From positions 1 to 14,596 of the forward strand of contig DAHWNL010000029.1 in the NCBI GenBank assembly GCA_027339965.1: a stretch of DNA of 14,596 nt, given 5' to 3'. This stretch comes from Granulicella sp. (GTDB taxonomy: Bacteria > Acidobacteriota > Terriglobia > Terriglobales > Acidobacteriaceae). Below, piece after piece: positions 7,301 through 14,596 of the stretch; position 1 is the first letter of the stretch; every line of letters starts with the position of its first letter. A program made the position numbers and the translations under genes. A model generated the notes under the pieces. That model searched no databases. It saw only the letters and a list, made by a program, of their open reading frames with translations, and was not told the DNA's origin.

Positions 7301-8346
7301 GCGGCTGGAACAGTCTGGACAGCGCCTCCGGGCAGGGTCGGCTGAGGAGCGGAATCGCCGCCAAATCACTGGTTTTGCCCCTATCGCCAGAGGTTGGGAG
7401 TTGGCCTGCCGCACTCGACCGGGGACCATCTCCAGCTCCCTCCCTGCTGGCTCGTCCGCAGAGCGCCTGCCTCTGCCCGGCGTCTCCTCCGGGCAAGCAA
7501 CAATGCGCTGGCGCAGCGCAGACCAGAAGACAGGCGCGACCCACGTCGAGTCCACGTTGGTTACTTTCGGGTGTTCTTTCGGCATCACGACGGGTGACGA
7601 AAGTTGAGAGGTTTTGTGGAAAGCTCCATGCGCTGCAAGTACAAGCGGTAAGGTAAGATTCCGTCATTGCAGGTCCATCCTTATCCGCGTTTGGAAGCCA
7701 GTTGAGATTGATCTCCGCCGTAGCGAAGCGGAGTGGATTGAAGACTCTTTCACGGTGCCTCAGAGGTTGTGCTGCGCGTGAATCGTGCCCGATCAGCTTG
7801 CGCGAAGCCAGCCAAGCTGGCGGGAAAGACGACAGCCGTTTGCTGACCGCATGGGTCATCAGCGGCCAAAGAGCTGTGCGTCCAGGAGCTGGGAGACATT
7901 GGGCCAAGGCGCGCGGGACCGGCGCTGCGCTACGGGGGGCTGCGGTCCTTCCGAGCAGGATTGCAGCTCGCGCTCTGGATCGCGCGAGCCGGCATGGATG
8001 ACATCCCCCGCCCCTCCTCCGCAGAAGGATGGCAGGGACAAGTCGCCGCAGCCATCGCGCTTCGCCGGGAACCATGCGGTCGCGTCCCAGCGAGAGAAGG
8101 CTCGACGGGAGATTTGGAGGAGGAACGCATGGGGAGGATGGGCGACCGAAAGCCGATGAGAAACAGTTGTCTGAAGGTGAGACAATTTGAGTCTTCAGAA
8201 TCAAAGGGGCCGAAGAAGAGAAAGAGGAAATGACCCGTTCGTGCGGCCATCCTCACCCTGACGGGTAATGGCCTTCGGAGAGGCGGTTCCACAGGTTGCC
8301 GATCGGGCTCGTGCGTTGAGCATGAGAAGTTTGTGGGTTAGGTGCC

Positions 8347-10068
8347 ATGCAAGGTCCAGTATCTGATCTCGTGCTGTTGACGTTGCTGGTCCTGTTCTTT
8401 GGGCTGCAGCAGTGGCGACGCCCGCAAGCCGACTTCCGGTTCTGGTTCGCCGGATGGATCTTCATTCTGATGGGGTACTTCCTGTGGGCCATCGGCGAGG
8501 CTCATGCGCCGCTGCTGCGGCTGGAGGACGCCCTCTGTTTTGACTTCACGATGCTGGGCGCGGGCGCGTTTGTCCTCTCCGCCATCGCCAAGGACTACGG
8601 GGTTCGGCGAGCCCTGCTCGCGGGGCTCGCGGTAGCGCCGGCAGCGATGGCCATGGTGGACGTCCAGGACTTCCAACCGGTGCCGCCAGTGGCGCTGGCC
8701 GTTGCATTGCTCTTGGGCGAGTGTCTTCTGTTGGCAGTGATCTACCGTTTGCAACGGCAGAGGCCCCTGCGCAAGATGATTCTGGCCTTTGTGGTCAGCG
8801 CAATCTGTGGATCAGGGCTGGCCATCTATGCGCTGCTGACGCCGGCGCATGACTTGGCCAACGGAGTCATGGTGCAAGCCCTGCTCACCGCAGCCGTGTT
8901 GTTTGCGGGAACGAAACAAAAGAGCGGCCGGTCTGTCCTGCAGTGGACAACCACCTTCGGATTTGTCGCCTGGGCGGCTTTCTATCTGTTGCGCGTGCTG
9001 CCTGCCAGTCCAGCCTGGCTGCAGAATGTGCTCGGTGAGTTCTGGAACTTCCCCAAATACTTTGTTGGCGGGTCGATGATCCTTTTTGTACTGGAGGATG
9101 CGGCGGAGGACAAAGCGCGGGATGCGGAGACCTTTCGCGATCTGTACGAGGATTTCCGTCTGCTCTTTGACACCCATCCGCATCCCATGTGGATCTGTGA
9201 CACCCAGAGAGGGCAGATTCTCACGGCCAATGAGACCGCAGTGAAGCAGTACGGCTACACGCTGGCCGAGTTCCAGGCGCTGCGCATCGAGGATCTGGAG
9301 GTTCCGCCGGATGTCGAAGCCGAAGAGATGGAACATATCCTGGGCGGAGCCGCCGAGGGTGGGGTCCGGGAGCGGCATCGGCACAAGAACGGAAATGTGT
9401 TGTGGGTCAATCGAGTCGAGCGGGAGATCGCCTATTTGGGACAAAAGGCGCGCCTGGTGATCGCCAGGAATATCACGGACCGCCTGAAGCTGGACCGCGA
9501 ACTCTCCTTCCGTGCCCAGCACGATGCGTTGACTGGGCTGCCCAACCGGCAACTGCTGGAGGAACGGCTGGAACAGTGCTTACAGTCCTGCCGCGTGGAG
9601 GAGCGCCGGGCCGCCGTACTCACGATCGATGTGGACCACTTCAAGCTGATCAATGACACCTACGGGCATCTGGTGGGCGATGAATGCCTGAAAGAGGTAG
9701 CTGCGCGCCTGAAGAGCAAGATTCGCAAGGTGGACACCATCGCGCGCACCGGAGGGGAGGAGTTCACTGCCGTGGTCAGCGGACTGAGCAAGCCGTCCGA
9801 TGCGGAGAAGGTCGCGGCAAGTCTGATGCGAGTCTTTGAAGCTCCCGTAGAGTTGGCCTTCGGAGCTTTAGGCGTAACCGTCAGCGTGGGCGTGGCAATC
9901 TATCCTGACGACGCCAACGATGCTACCTCGCTGCGCAGGCTATCCGATGAAGCGATGTACCGGGCCAAACGCTCGGGAAGAAATCGCGCCGCGTATGCCT
10001 CAGAGAAAGCCCCCGTGCTGGACTTCAGAAAGCCCGAGATCGAACTGAAGGAACAGCACTCCAGTTAA
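8347..10068 (+). CDS. Membrane-bound sensor diguanylate cyclase (multi-TM domain, PAS, GGDEF)
   Basis: About 250 N-terminal residues of repeated hydrophobic helices. PAS (HPHPMWICD...ANETAVKQYGY). HDALTGLPNR, IDVDHFKLINDTYGHLVGD, I-site RKVD (9724-9735), A-site GGEEF (9751-9765), AMYRAKRSGRN. Confidence 0.95.
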   Translation: MQGPVSDLVLLTLLVLFFGLQQWRRPQADFRFWFAGWIFILMGYFLWAIGEAHAPLLRLEDALCFDFTMLGAGAFVLSAIAKDYGVRRALLAGLAVAPAAMAMVDVQDFQPVPPVALAVALLLGECLLLAVIYRLQRQRPLRKMILAFVVSAICGSGLAIYALLTPAHDLANGVMVQALLTAAVLFAGTKQKSGRSVLQWTTTFGFVAWAAFYLLRVLPASPAWLQNVLGEFWNFPKYFVGGSMILFVLEDAAEDKARDAETFRDLYEDFRLLFDTHPHPMWICDTQRGQILTANETAVKQYGYTLAEFQALRIEDLEVPPDVEAEEMEHILGGAAEGGVRERHRHKNGNVLWVNRVEREIAYLGQKARLVIARNITDRLKLDRELSFRAQHDALTGLPNRQLLEERLEQCLQSCRVEERRAAVLTIDVDHFKLINDTYGHLVGDECLKEVAARLKSKIRKVDTIARTGGEEFTAVVSGLSKPSDAEKVAASLMRVFEAPVELAFGALGVTVSVGVAIYPDDANDATSLRRLSDEAMYRAKRSGRNRAAYASEKAPVLDFRKPEIELKEQHSS

Positions 10069-10314
10069 AGCCCGCCGGGAAGCCTCAGAAACTCTTTCCT
10101 CTCTGCTCACCCCAGCCGGAACCAACGTTCCGAACCGGACTCCGTCAAGGCTCCGCCGGGGCCAGCACCCGGAGGCGGCGCCAGACGCCCGCCGAAAGAA
10201 CAAGCTGCTCCCAGACGACATAGCGAGTCGGCCTCCACCCTCCGCCGGCCCGTAGCGATGCGTTGAGCGATGATCTTCTTTATTCCAGCACGGAAGGAGA
10301 GCGCCTAAAGGGTA

Positions 10315-10342
10315 ATGACAACACTGTCACCTCTGATATAAC
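10315..10342 (+). promoter_or_regulatory. Candidate promoter (ATGACA-N16-TATAAC) overlapped by palindrome TGACA-N4-TGTCA
   Basis: Palindrome at 10316-10329. Both hexamers are one mismatch from sigma70 consensus, in an AT-richer patch upstream of the EAL gene. Confidence 0.35.
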
Positions 10343-10543
10343 CAAGATCACAGGCGCTCGATGTAGAACCGTGGCAGGGCCCCAAAGCCAACTGGCTGGT
10401 TGAGGAATTGCCTGGATCTGTGGCGTCAGGTTGAGGCTCGATGACAATGCCTGCTGGGAGAACAGGCAAAGGTACGATCTGAGATGGAGCGGGCTTCCCC
10501 GACTGGCCGGCGAGGGAAGACAAACTCTTCAGGAAGCTCAAAC

Positions 10544-12736
10544 ATGGATGGAATCGCGCAGTTTCTGTCTCTTGTTCCGAATCCGATGCTCCTTGTAAAT
10601 ACGCAGGGAGTCATCGTGTTGGGCAATGAGCGTGTGTGCCATCTGTTTGGATATGAAGAAGGCGCGCTCACGGGAAGACAAATAGGGGATCTGTTGCCGG
10701 AGCGTTATCGCGCCTCCCACGCCAAGAACCTGGAGGAGTACTTCGGCGCGCCACGGGTACGCGAGATGGGGATTGGGGTGGAGTTGACCGCTCTGCGCGC
10801 GGATGGAACAGAGTTCCCCGTCGAGGTCAGTCTGAATCCGTATGGAGAGCCCGGAACGATGTATACGCTGGCCTCGGTGCGCGCCATTACGGAGCGCAAG
10901 GCCACCGAGATCAGGATTCGCCACTTGAATCGGATTCTGACCATGCAGAGCCGGATGCAGGCTCTGGTGATGCGGGCCCATGACCGGGATGAACTCTTCC
11001 GTGACGCTTGCCGGATTGCCGTCGAGGCCGGCGCGTTCTCTCTGGCATGGATTGGGGTGATGAATCCCGAAGGATTGCAGTTGCGGATAGTAGCCAGCCA
11101 CGGCGAACGCTGCGAGGAGTATCTGCGCCAGATCGAAGACGAGGCGCCGCTGTTGGAGGGACCGGCGGGCGCCGCCATCCGGGAGAACCAGCCGGTATGG
11201 CTCCCGAACGTTCAGCACCAGCCGCCCAATACCCCCTGGGGCCGGCATAGCGCTGAGTTCGGTTGGAGATCTCTAGCCGCCCTGCCGCTGCACCGGTCGG
11301 GCAACCCTATCGGGGCCCTCTTGTTGTATACCAAGGAGGTCAGCGCGTTCGATAAGGAAGAGGAGGGGCAACTGGTGGAACTGGCCGCCAACCTCTCCTT
11401 CGCCATTGACCACATCGAAAAAGAGCGCAAGCTGAACTACCTTGCCTACCATGATCCCCTCACCGGCCTGGCCAACCGCACCCTGTTTCTCAATCGCGTG
11501 GCGCAGCATCTGCGCGCAGCCATTAGCGGAGAAAAGAAGCTGGCGGTATTTCTCATCGATCTGGAGCGCTTCAAAAACATCAATGACAGCCTGGGCCAAC
11601 TGGCTGGGGACCGACTCCTGCGCCAGTTCGCCAAGTGGCTGATCCACGAGACCGGCGACGTGAACCTGCTGGCGCGGCTGGGCTCGGACCACTTTGCCGT
11701 GGTGATCCCCGAGATCCGGCAGGAGGATGACGTGGCGGTACTGGTAGAGGGATGGATGAAGGCGCTACGCGACCACCCGTTCGGGGTGAAAACCGCAACC
11801 TTCCGCATCAGCGCCAAGGTGGGCATCTCCATCTTTCCAGAGGATGGAGCGAGCGCCGATACCTTGTTCAAACACGCCGAGGCGGCGCTGAAGCAGGCCA
11901 AGGCCAGCCGCAACCGCTATCTGTTCCACACGCCCAAGATGACTGAGATGATGGCCGGAAAGTTTGTCCTGGAGAATCAACTCCGGCAGGCGCTGGACAA
12001 GCATGAGTTCATGCTGCACTATCAGCCCAAGATGAACCTGGCAACCGGCAAACTCACCGGAGCGGAGGCCTTGATTCGATGGAACGATCCGCGCACCGGT
12101 TTGGTGCCTCCGGCCCGCTTTACCCCCATGCTGGAGGAGACCGGGCTGATCTATGAAGTAGGACGCTGGGCGCTGGGCAAGGCGATCGATGATTATCTGC
12201 GCTGGCGCCGCGCCGGTCTGCCCGCCGTGCGCCTGGCGGTAAATGTCTCTCCCTTGCAGCTTCGCAATCGTAACTTCATCAGCGACATCGAGCGCGCTGT
12301 AGGCAGCAACGTCGATGCCGCCGCCAGCCTCGAACTGGAGATTACCGAGGGCCTGATCATGGAGGATGTGGAGTACAGCATCGCCACCCTGCGCACCATC
12401 CGCGACATGGGGGTCAGCATCGCCATCGATGACTTTGGCACGGGCTTCTCTTCGCTCAGCTACCTCTCCAAGCTGCCCCTGGATACTCTCAAGATCGACC
12501 GCACCTTCGTTGCCGATCTGACCCAGGCTCGGGAAGGGCTGGCGCAGGTCTCCACGATCATCAACCTGGCGCACTCGCTCAGTCTCAAGGTGGTTGCAGA
12601 AGGAGTCGAGACAGCCGAACAGGCCCGGTTGTTAAAGATGCTGGGCTGCAATGAGATGCAAGGTTTCTACCTGAGCAAGCCGCTGCCCGGCGAGGTCTTC
12701 GAAAGCCGCTACCTGGCCCCGTATCAGGCCGGTTGA
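10544..12736 (+). CDS. c-di-GMP phosphodiesterase (PAS, GAF, degenerate GGDEF, EAL); the ORF extends upstream to 10484
   Basis: ATG 10544 follows SD-like AGGAAG. PAS (..DGTEFPVEVSL), GAF (AWIG...SLAALPL), HDPLTGLANR with A-site GSDHF (11681-11695). EAL motifs intact: YQP, AEALIRW, VNVS, LEITE, IDDFGTGFSSLSYL, LKIDR, AEGVET, QGF. Confidence 0.95.
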   Translation: MDGIAQFLSLVPNPMLLVNTQGVIVLGNERVCHLFGYEEGALTGRQIGDLLPERYRASHAKNLEEYFGAPRVREMGIGVELTALRADGTEFPVEVSLNPYGEPGTMYTLASVRAITERKATEIRIRHLNRILTMQSRMQALVMRAHDRDELFRDACRIAVEAGAFSLAWIGVMNPEGLQLRIVASHGERCEEYLRQIEDEAPLLEGPAGAAIRENQPVWLPNVQHQPPNTPWGRHSAEFGWRSLAALPLHRSGNPIGALLLYTKEVSAFDKEEEGQLVELAANLSFAIDHIEKERKLNYLAYHDPLTGLANRTLFLNRVAQHLRAAISGEKKLAVFLIDLERFKNINDSLGQLAGDRLLRQFAKWLIHETGDVNLLARLGSDHFAVVIPEIRQEDDVAVLVEGWMKALRDHPFGVKTATFRISAKVGISIFPEDGASADTLFKHAEAALKQAKASRNRYLFHTPKMTEMMAGKFVLENQLRQALDKHEFMLHYQPKMNLATGKLTGAEALIRWNDPRTGLVPPARFTPMLEETGLIYEVGRWALGKAIDDYLRWRRAGLPAVRLAVNVSPLQLRNRNFISDIERAVGSNVDAAASLELEITEGLIMEDVEYSIATLRTIRDMGVSIAIDDFGTGFSSLSYLSKLPLDTLKIDRTFVADLTQAREGLAQVSTIINLAHSLSLKVVAEGVETAEQARLLKMLGCNEMQGFYLSKPLPGEVFESRYLAPYQAG

Positions 12737-12939
12737 CCGTCCTGCTCGCCTCCGCGAGAAGGATCCTGTGCATTGCCCGGATCCCCTCTTCCGGCATCTC
12801 CACCCTCTCCTGCATCCACAAGGTGGCCCCTGGGCAGAACGAGCCTGCGAGCGCTGGGACCGGAGCGCCTGCAACGTCATCCAGCCGTCAAGAAACTTCC
12901 ACCTGGAGGCGGACCGCCCATCGCGCATCTCCTCCTCAA

Positions 12940-12973
12940 GCCAGTATCCTACGGGGGCCAGTATCCTTCGGGG
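12940..12973. repeat. 17-bp tandem direct repeat x2
   Basis: GCCAGTATCCTACGGGG (12940-12956) and GCCAGTATCCTTCGGGG (12957-12973), 16/17 identical. Overlaps the perfect palindrome GGGGATCCCC (12970-12979). Confidence 0.85.
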
Positions 12974-13034
12974 ATCCCCCAAGACAGAATTCAGCCTCTA
13001 TTGTTGCAGCGGTAATGGTGCATTCGCATCCCGC

Positions 13035-13050
13035 CGGCATGCTGATGGCA
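13035..13050 (+). promoter_or_regulatory. Candidate sigma54 (-24/-12) promoter
   Basis: CGGCATG-CTGA-TGGCA versus consensus TGGCAYG-N4-TTGCW: exact GG-N10-GC spacing with two mismatches, just upstream of the SD of the PHP gene. Confidence 0.35.
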
Positions 13051-13080
13051 GTCAGCAAAACTGCGCGAGGAGGCCTGCCG

Positions 13081-14271
13081 ATGCAATCGATCGTTACCAG
13101 CCAATGGAAACAGCCGCATGCAACCGCGGAGTTCACCACGGGCGTCTCGTTGCATAGCCACACCAGCGTGTCGGAGGAGACGCTCGGATTCACTCATGCC
13201 CTGGTGACCGCCGTGCCGGGCTTGAAAATGGTCTTCGAGCTCTATCGCCGGAGCAGCGCGCGCTACGGGATCGCGCTGGACTACTCCCGCGCCAACTGGA
13301 GACCGCCGTTGCAGCCCCGTATGGCCTATGACGTGGAGTCCAGGCAGGTGCAGCGCCTGGGGCTGAACCCCCTGGTGTCCATCACGGATCACGACTCCAT
13401 CGAGGCGCCCTTGCTGCTGCGAACCATCCCTTCCTCCCGGCATATTCCTGTCAGCCTGGAGTGGTCCGCCCCGTTCGGCCAGACGGTCTTCCATCTGGGT
13501 ATCCATAACCTTCCCAGCCGCAACGGATTGGAGTGGATGGTCCGCTTCCAGCGTTATACGGCTGAGGCTCAGGCTGTGGCCGGAGCGGATCACAGCCCCG
13601 ACGCGATGGATGCGCGGCTGCTCACCATGCTGCGCGAGTTGCACGAAAGCCCGCAAGTGCTCATCGTCTTTAACCACCCGCTGTGGGACTTGCACAAGGT
13701 CGGCCGCGCCCACCTCCTTGAGGTGAGCCGCTTTCTCCGCCAGGCTGGCCGTACCATCCACGCCATCGAGTTGAATGGCCTGCGCCACGTCCGGGAGAAT
13801 CGTGACGCCGCCCGGTTGGCCCGCGAGACCGGCCACCTCGTCCTCTCCGGCGGCGACCGGCATGGCCTGGAGCCCAACGCCAACATCAACCTCACCTCCG
13901 CCGCCAGCTTCACGGAGTTCGTCGAAGAGATCCGCGTGGACCGAGTGAGCCACGTCCACTTCATGCCTCAGTACCAGGACCGCTGGGAGCAGAGGATTCT
14001 GCGCTCCACCCTGAACGCTGTCACCGACTTCCCTGAGTTCATGCCCGGCTGGCAACGCTGGGATGAACGCGCCTTCCACCCCGATCAAAACGGCGTGATG
14101 CGCTCCTTTGCCGAGTTGTGGCCCAAAGGCCACGCGCCGCGGCTGTTGCAGGCCGCTATCCAACTGGTGCGGCTGGCCGGCGTGCGCGGGCTCGCCGCTC
14201 CGCTTAGCCTGGCCTTTCAGGGCGTCAACCGCCCGGAACACGAGCTCGGTTCCGGCATGGAGTGGGTATGA
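13081..14271 (+). CDS. PHP-superfamily metal-dependent phosphoesterase-like protein (396 aa)
   Basis: Strong SD GAGGAGG (13067-13073) before ATG 13081. PHP metal-ligand motifs in order: LHSHT, ITDHD, SLEW, HLG, NHP, IELNG, SGGDRHG. Confidence 0.8.
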   Translation: MQSIVTSQWKQPHATAEFTTGVSLHSHTSVSEETLGFTHALVTAVPGLKMVFELYRRSSARYGIALDYSRANWRPPLQPRMAYDVESRQVQRLGLNPLVSITDHDSIEAPLLLRTIPSSRHIPVSLEWSAPFGQTVFHLGIHNLPSRNGLEWMVRFQRYTAEAQAVAGADHSPDAMDARLLTMLRELHESPQVLIVFNHPLWDLHKVGRAHLLEVSRFLRQAGRTIHAIELNGLRHVRENRDAARLARETGHLVLSGGDRHGLEPNANINLTSAASFTEFVEEIRVDRVSHVHFMPQYQDRWEQRILRSTLNAVTDFPEFMPGWQRWDERAFHPDQNGVMRSFAELWPKGHAPRLLQAAIQLVRLAGVRGLAAPLSLAFQGVNRPEHELGSGMEWV

Positions 14272-14374
14272 GAGCTCGCGGCGAAGCCCAAGCTGAGCAC
14301 CTCGCATGGCGCCTTCCGGAGCTTGCGTCGATGCGTCCGTCCCTTGGAAGCCTCTCGGCTTGCGCCACGACTCG

Positions 14375-14596
14375 CTACGCGAACCTTTGCGCGCGGCCGG
14401 GGAACCTCGCCTTAGACCATTCTGCCAAATACGATAGATCTGTGGCGCAGAGCCTGAACCATCCCCTGGCATCTTCCGGGGTGATGAGTTTCAGCGCCTC
14501 GCCCGTGGCTTGATCGAGCAGCTCTTCGCTTCTTGCCTTGGCTTTGCGCAGGATGTGCTTGAGCTTGTACCAGGCTTTTTCGATCGGGTTGAGGTT
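14375..14596 (-). mobile_element. IS630-family transposase C-terminus (partial); probable element end at TA 14413-14414
   Basis: My minus-strand translation NLNPIEKAWYKLKHILRKAKARSEELLDQATGEALKLITPEDARGWFRLC... matches the IS630 'LNPIE..W..LK..LR' catalytic-Glu motif and 'IT..DA.GWF' tail. The plus strand has TA-GACCATTC at the expected position for the end. Confidence 0.9.

Noticed and set aside
7709..7740. REP-like element (GCGAAGCGGAGTGGA hairpin)
   Set aside because: It resembles dispersed palindromic repeats, but there is a single degenerate copy in the window, so it cannot be supported without a genome search.
7600..8340. Replication origin near gyrA
   Set aside because: Only scattered DnaA-box-like 9-mers with 1-2 mismatches (e.g. 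7615-7623, 7681-7689), no cluster, no AT-rich unwinding element, and no dnaA/dnaN/gyrB.
7800..8340. c-di-GMP riboswitch upstream of the cyclase
   Set aside because: I could not find the class I (GGCAAA..GAAA..GACGCAAA) or class II consensus elements in order.
12733..13080. N-terminal 116 codons of the 512-aa ORF, implying coupling to the EAL gene
   Set aside because: Low-complexity translation. A strong SD and ATG at 13081 precede the first PHP motif.
12991..14472. 493-aa minus-strand ORF
   Set aside because: Antisense shadow of the PHP gene; no recognisable domain.
1..14596. Composite transposon carrying hslUV-gyrA
   Set aside because: The flanking elements belong to different IS families and the left ones are broken. 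Ends inside IS copies are more simply explained as assembly or window boundaries.

Overview
GC-rich bacterial DNA, most consistent with Acidobacteriota (inferred from gene family style and insertions, not proven). Both ends fall inside insertion sequences. On the left is a truncated IS5-family transposase abutting an inverted, internally deleted IS701-family relic that the ORF track misses. On the right is the C-terminus of an IS630-family transposase, also absent from the ORF track. Between them lie a housekeeping block (hslU-hslV, a DUF3592-like membrane protein, a small secreted carboxypeptidase-regulatory-like protein, and gyrA with no adjacent gyrB), a ~1.06 kb hairpin-rich intergenic region, and a co-oriented signalling block. 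That block comprises a multi-TM/PAS diguanylate cyclase (intact GGEEF and I-site), a PAS-GAF-degenerate GGDEF-EAL phosphodiesterase, and a PHP-fold metallo-phosphoesterase. No CRISPR array, rRNA, tRNA or recognisable defence system was seen, and I cannot demonstrate a new system from sequence alone. The best leads are the DGC/PDE/PHP trio, a sigma54-like promoter with a 17-bp tandem repeat upstream of the PHP gene, the unexplained intergenic region, large GyrA insertions with Ala at the Ser83-equivalent site, and a long HslV propeptide.
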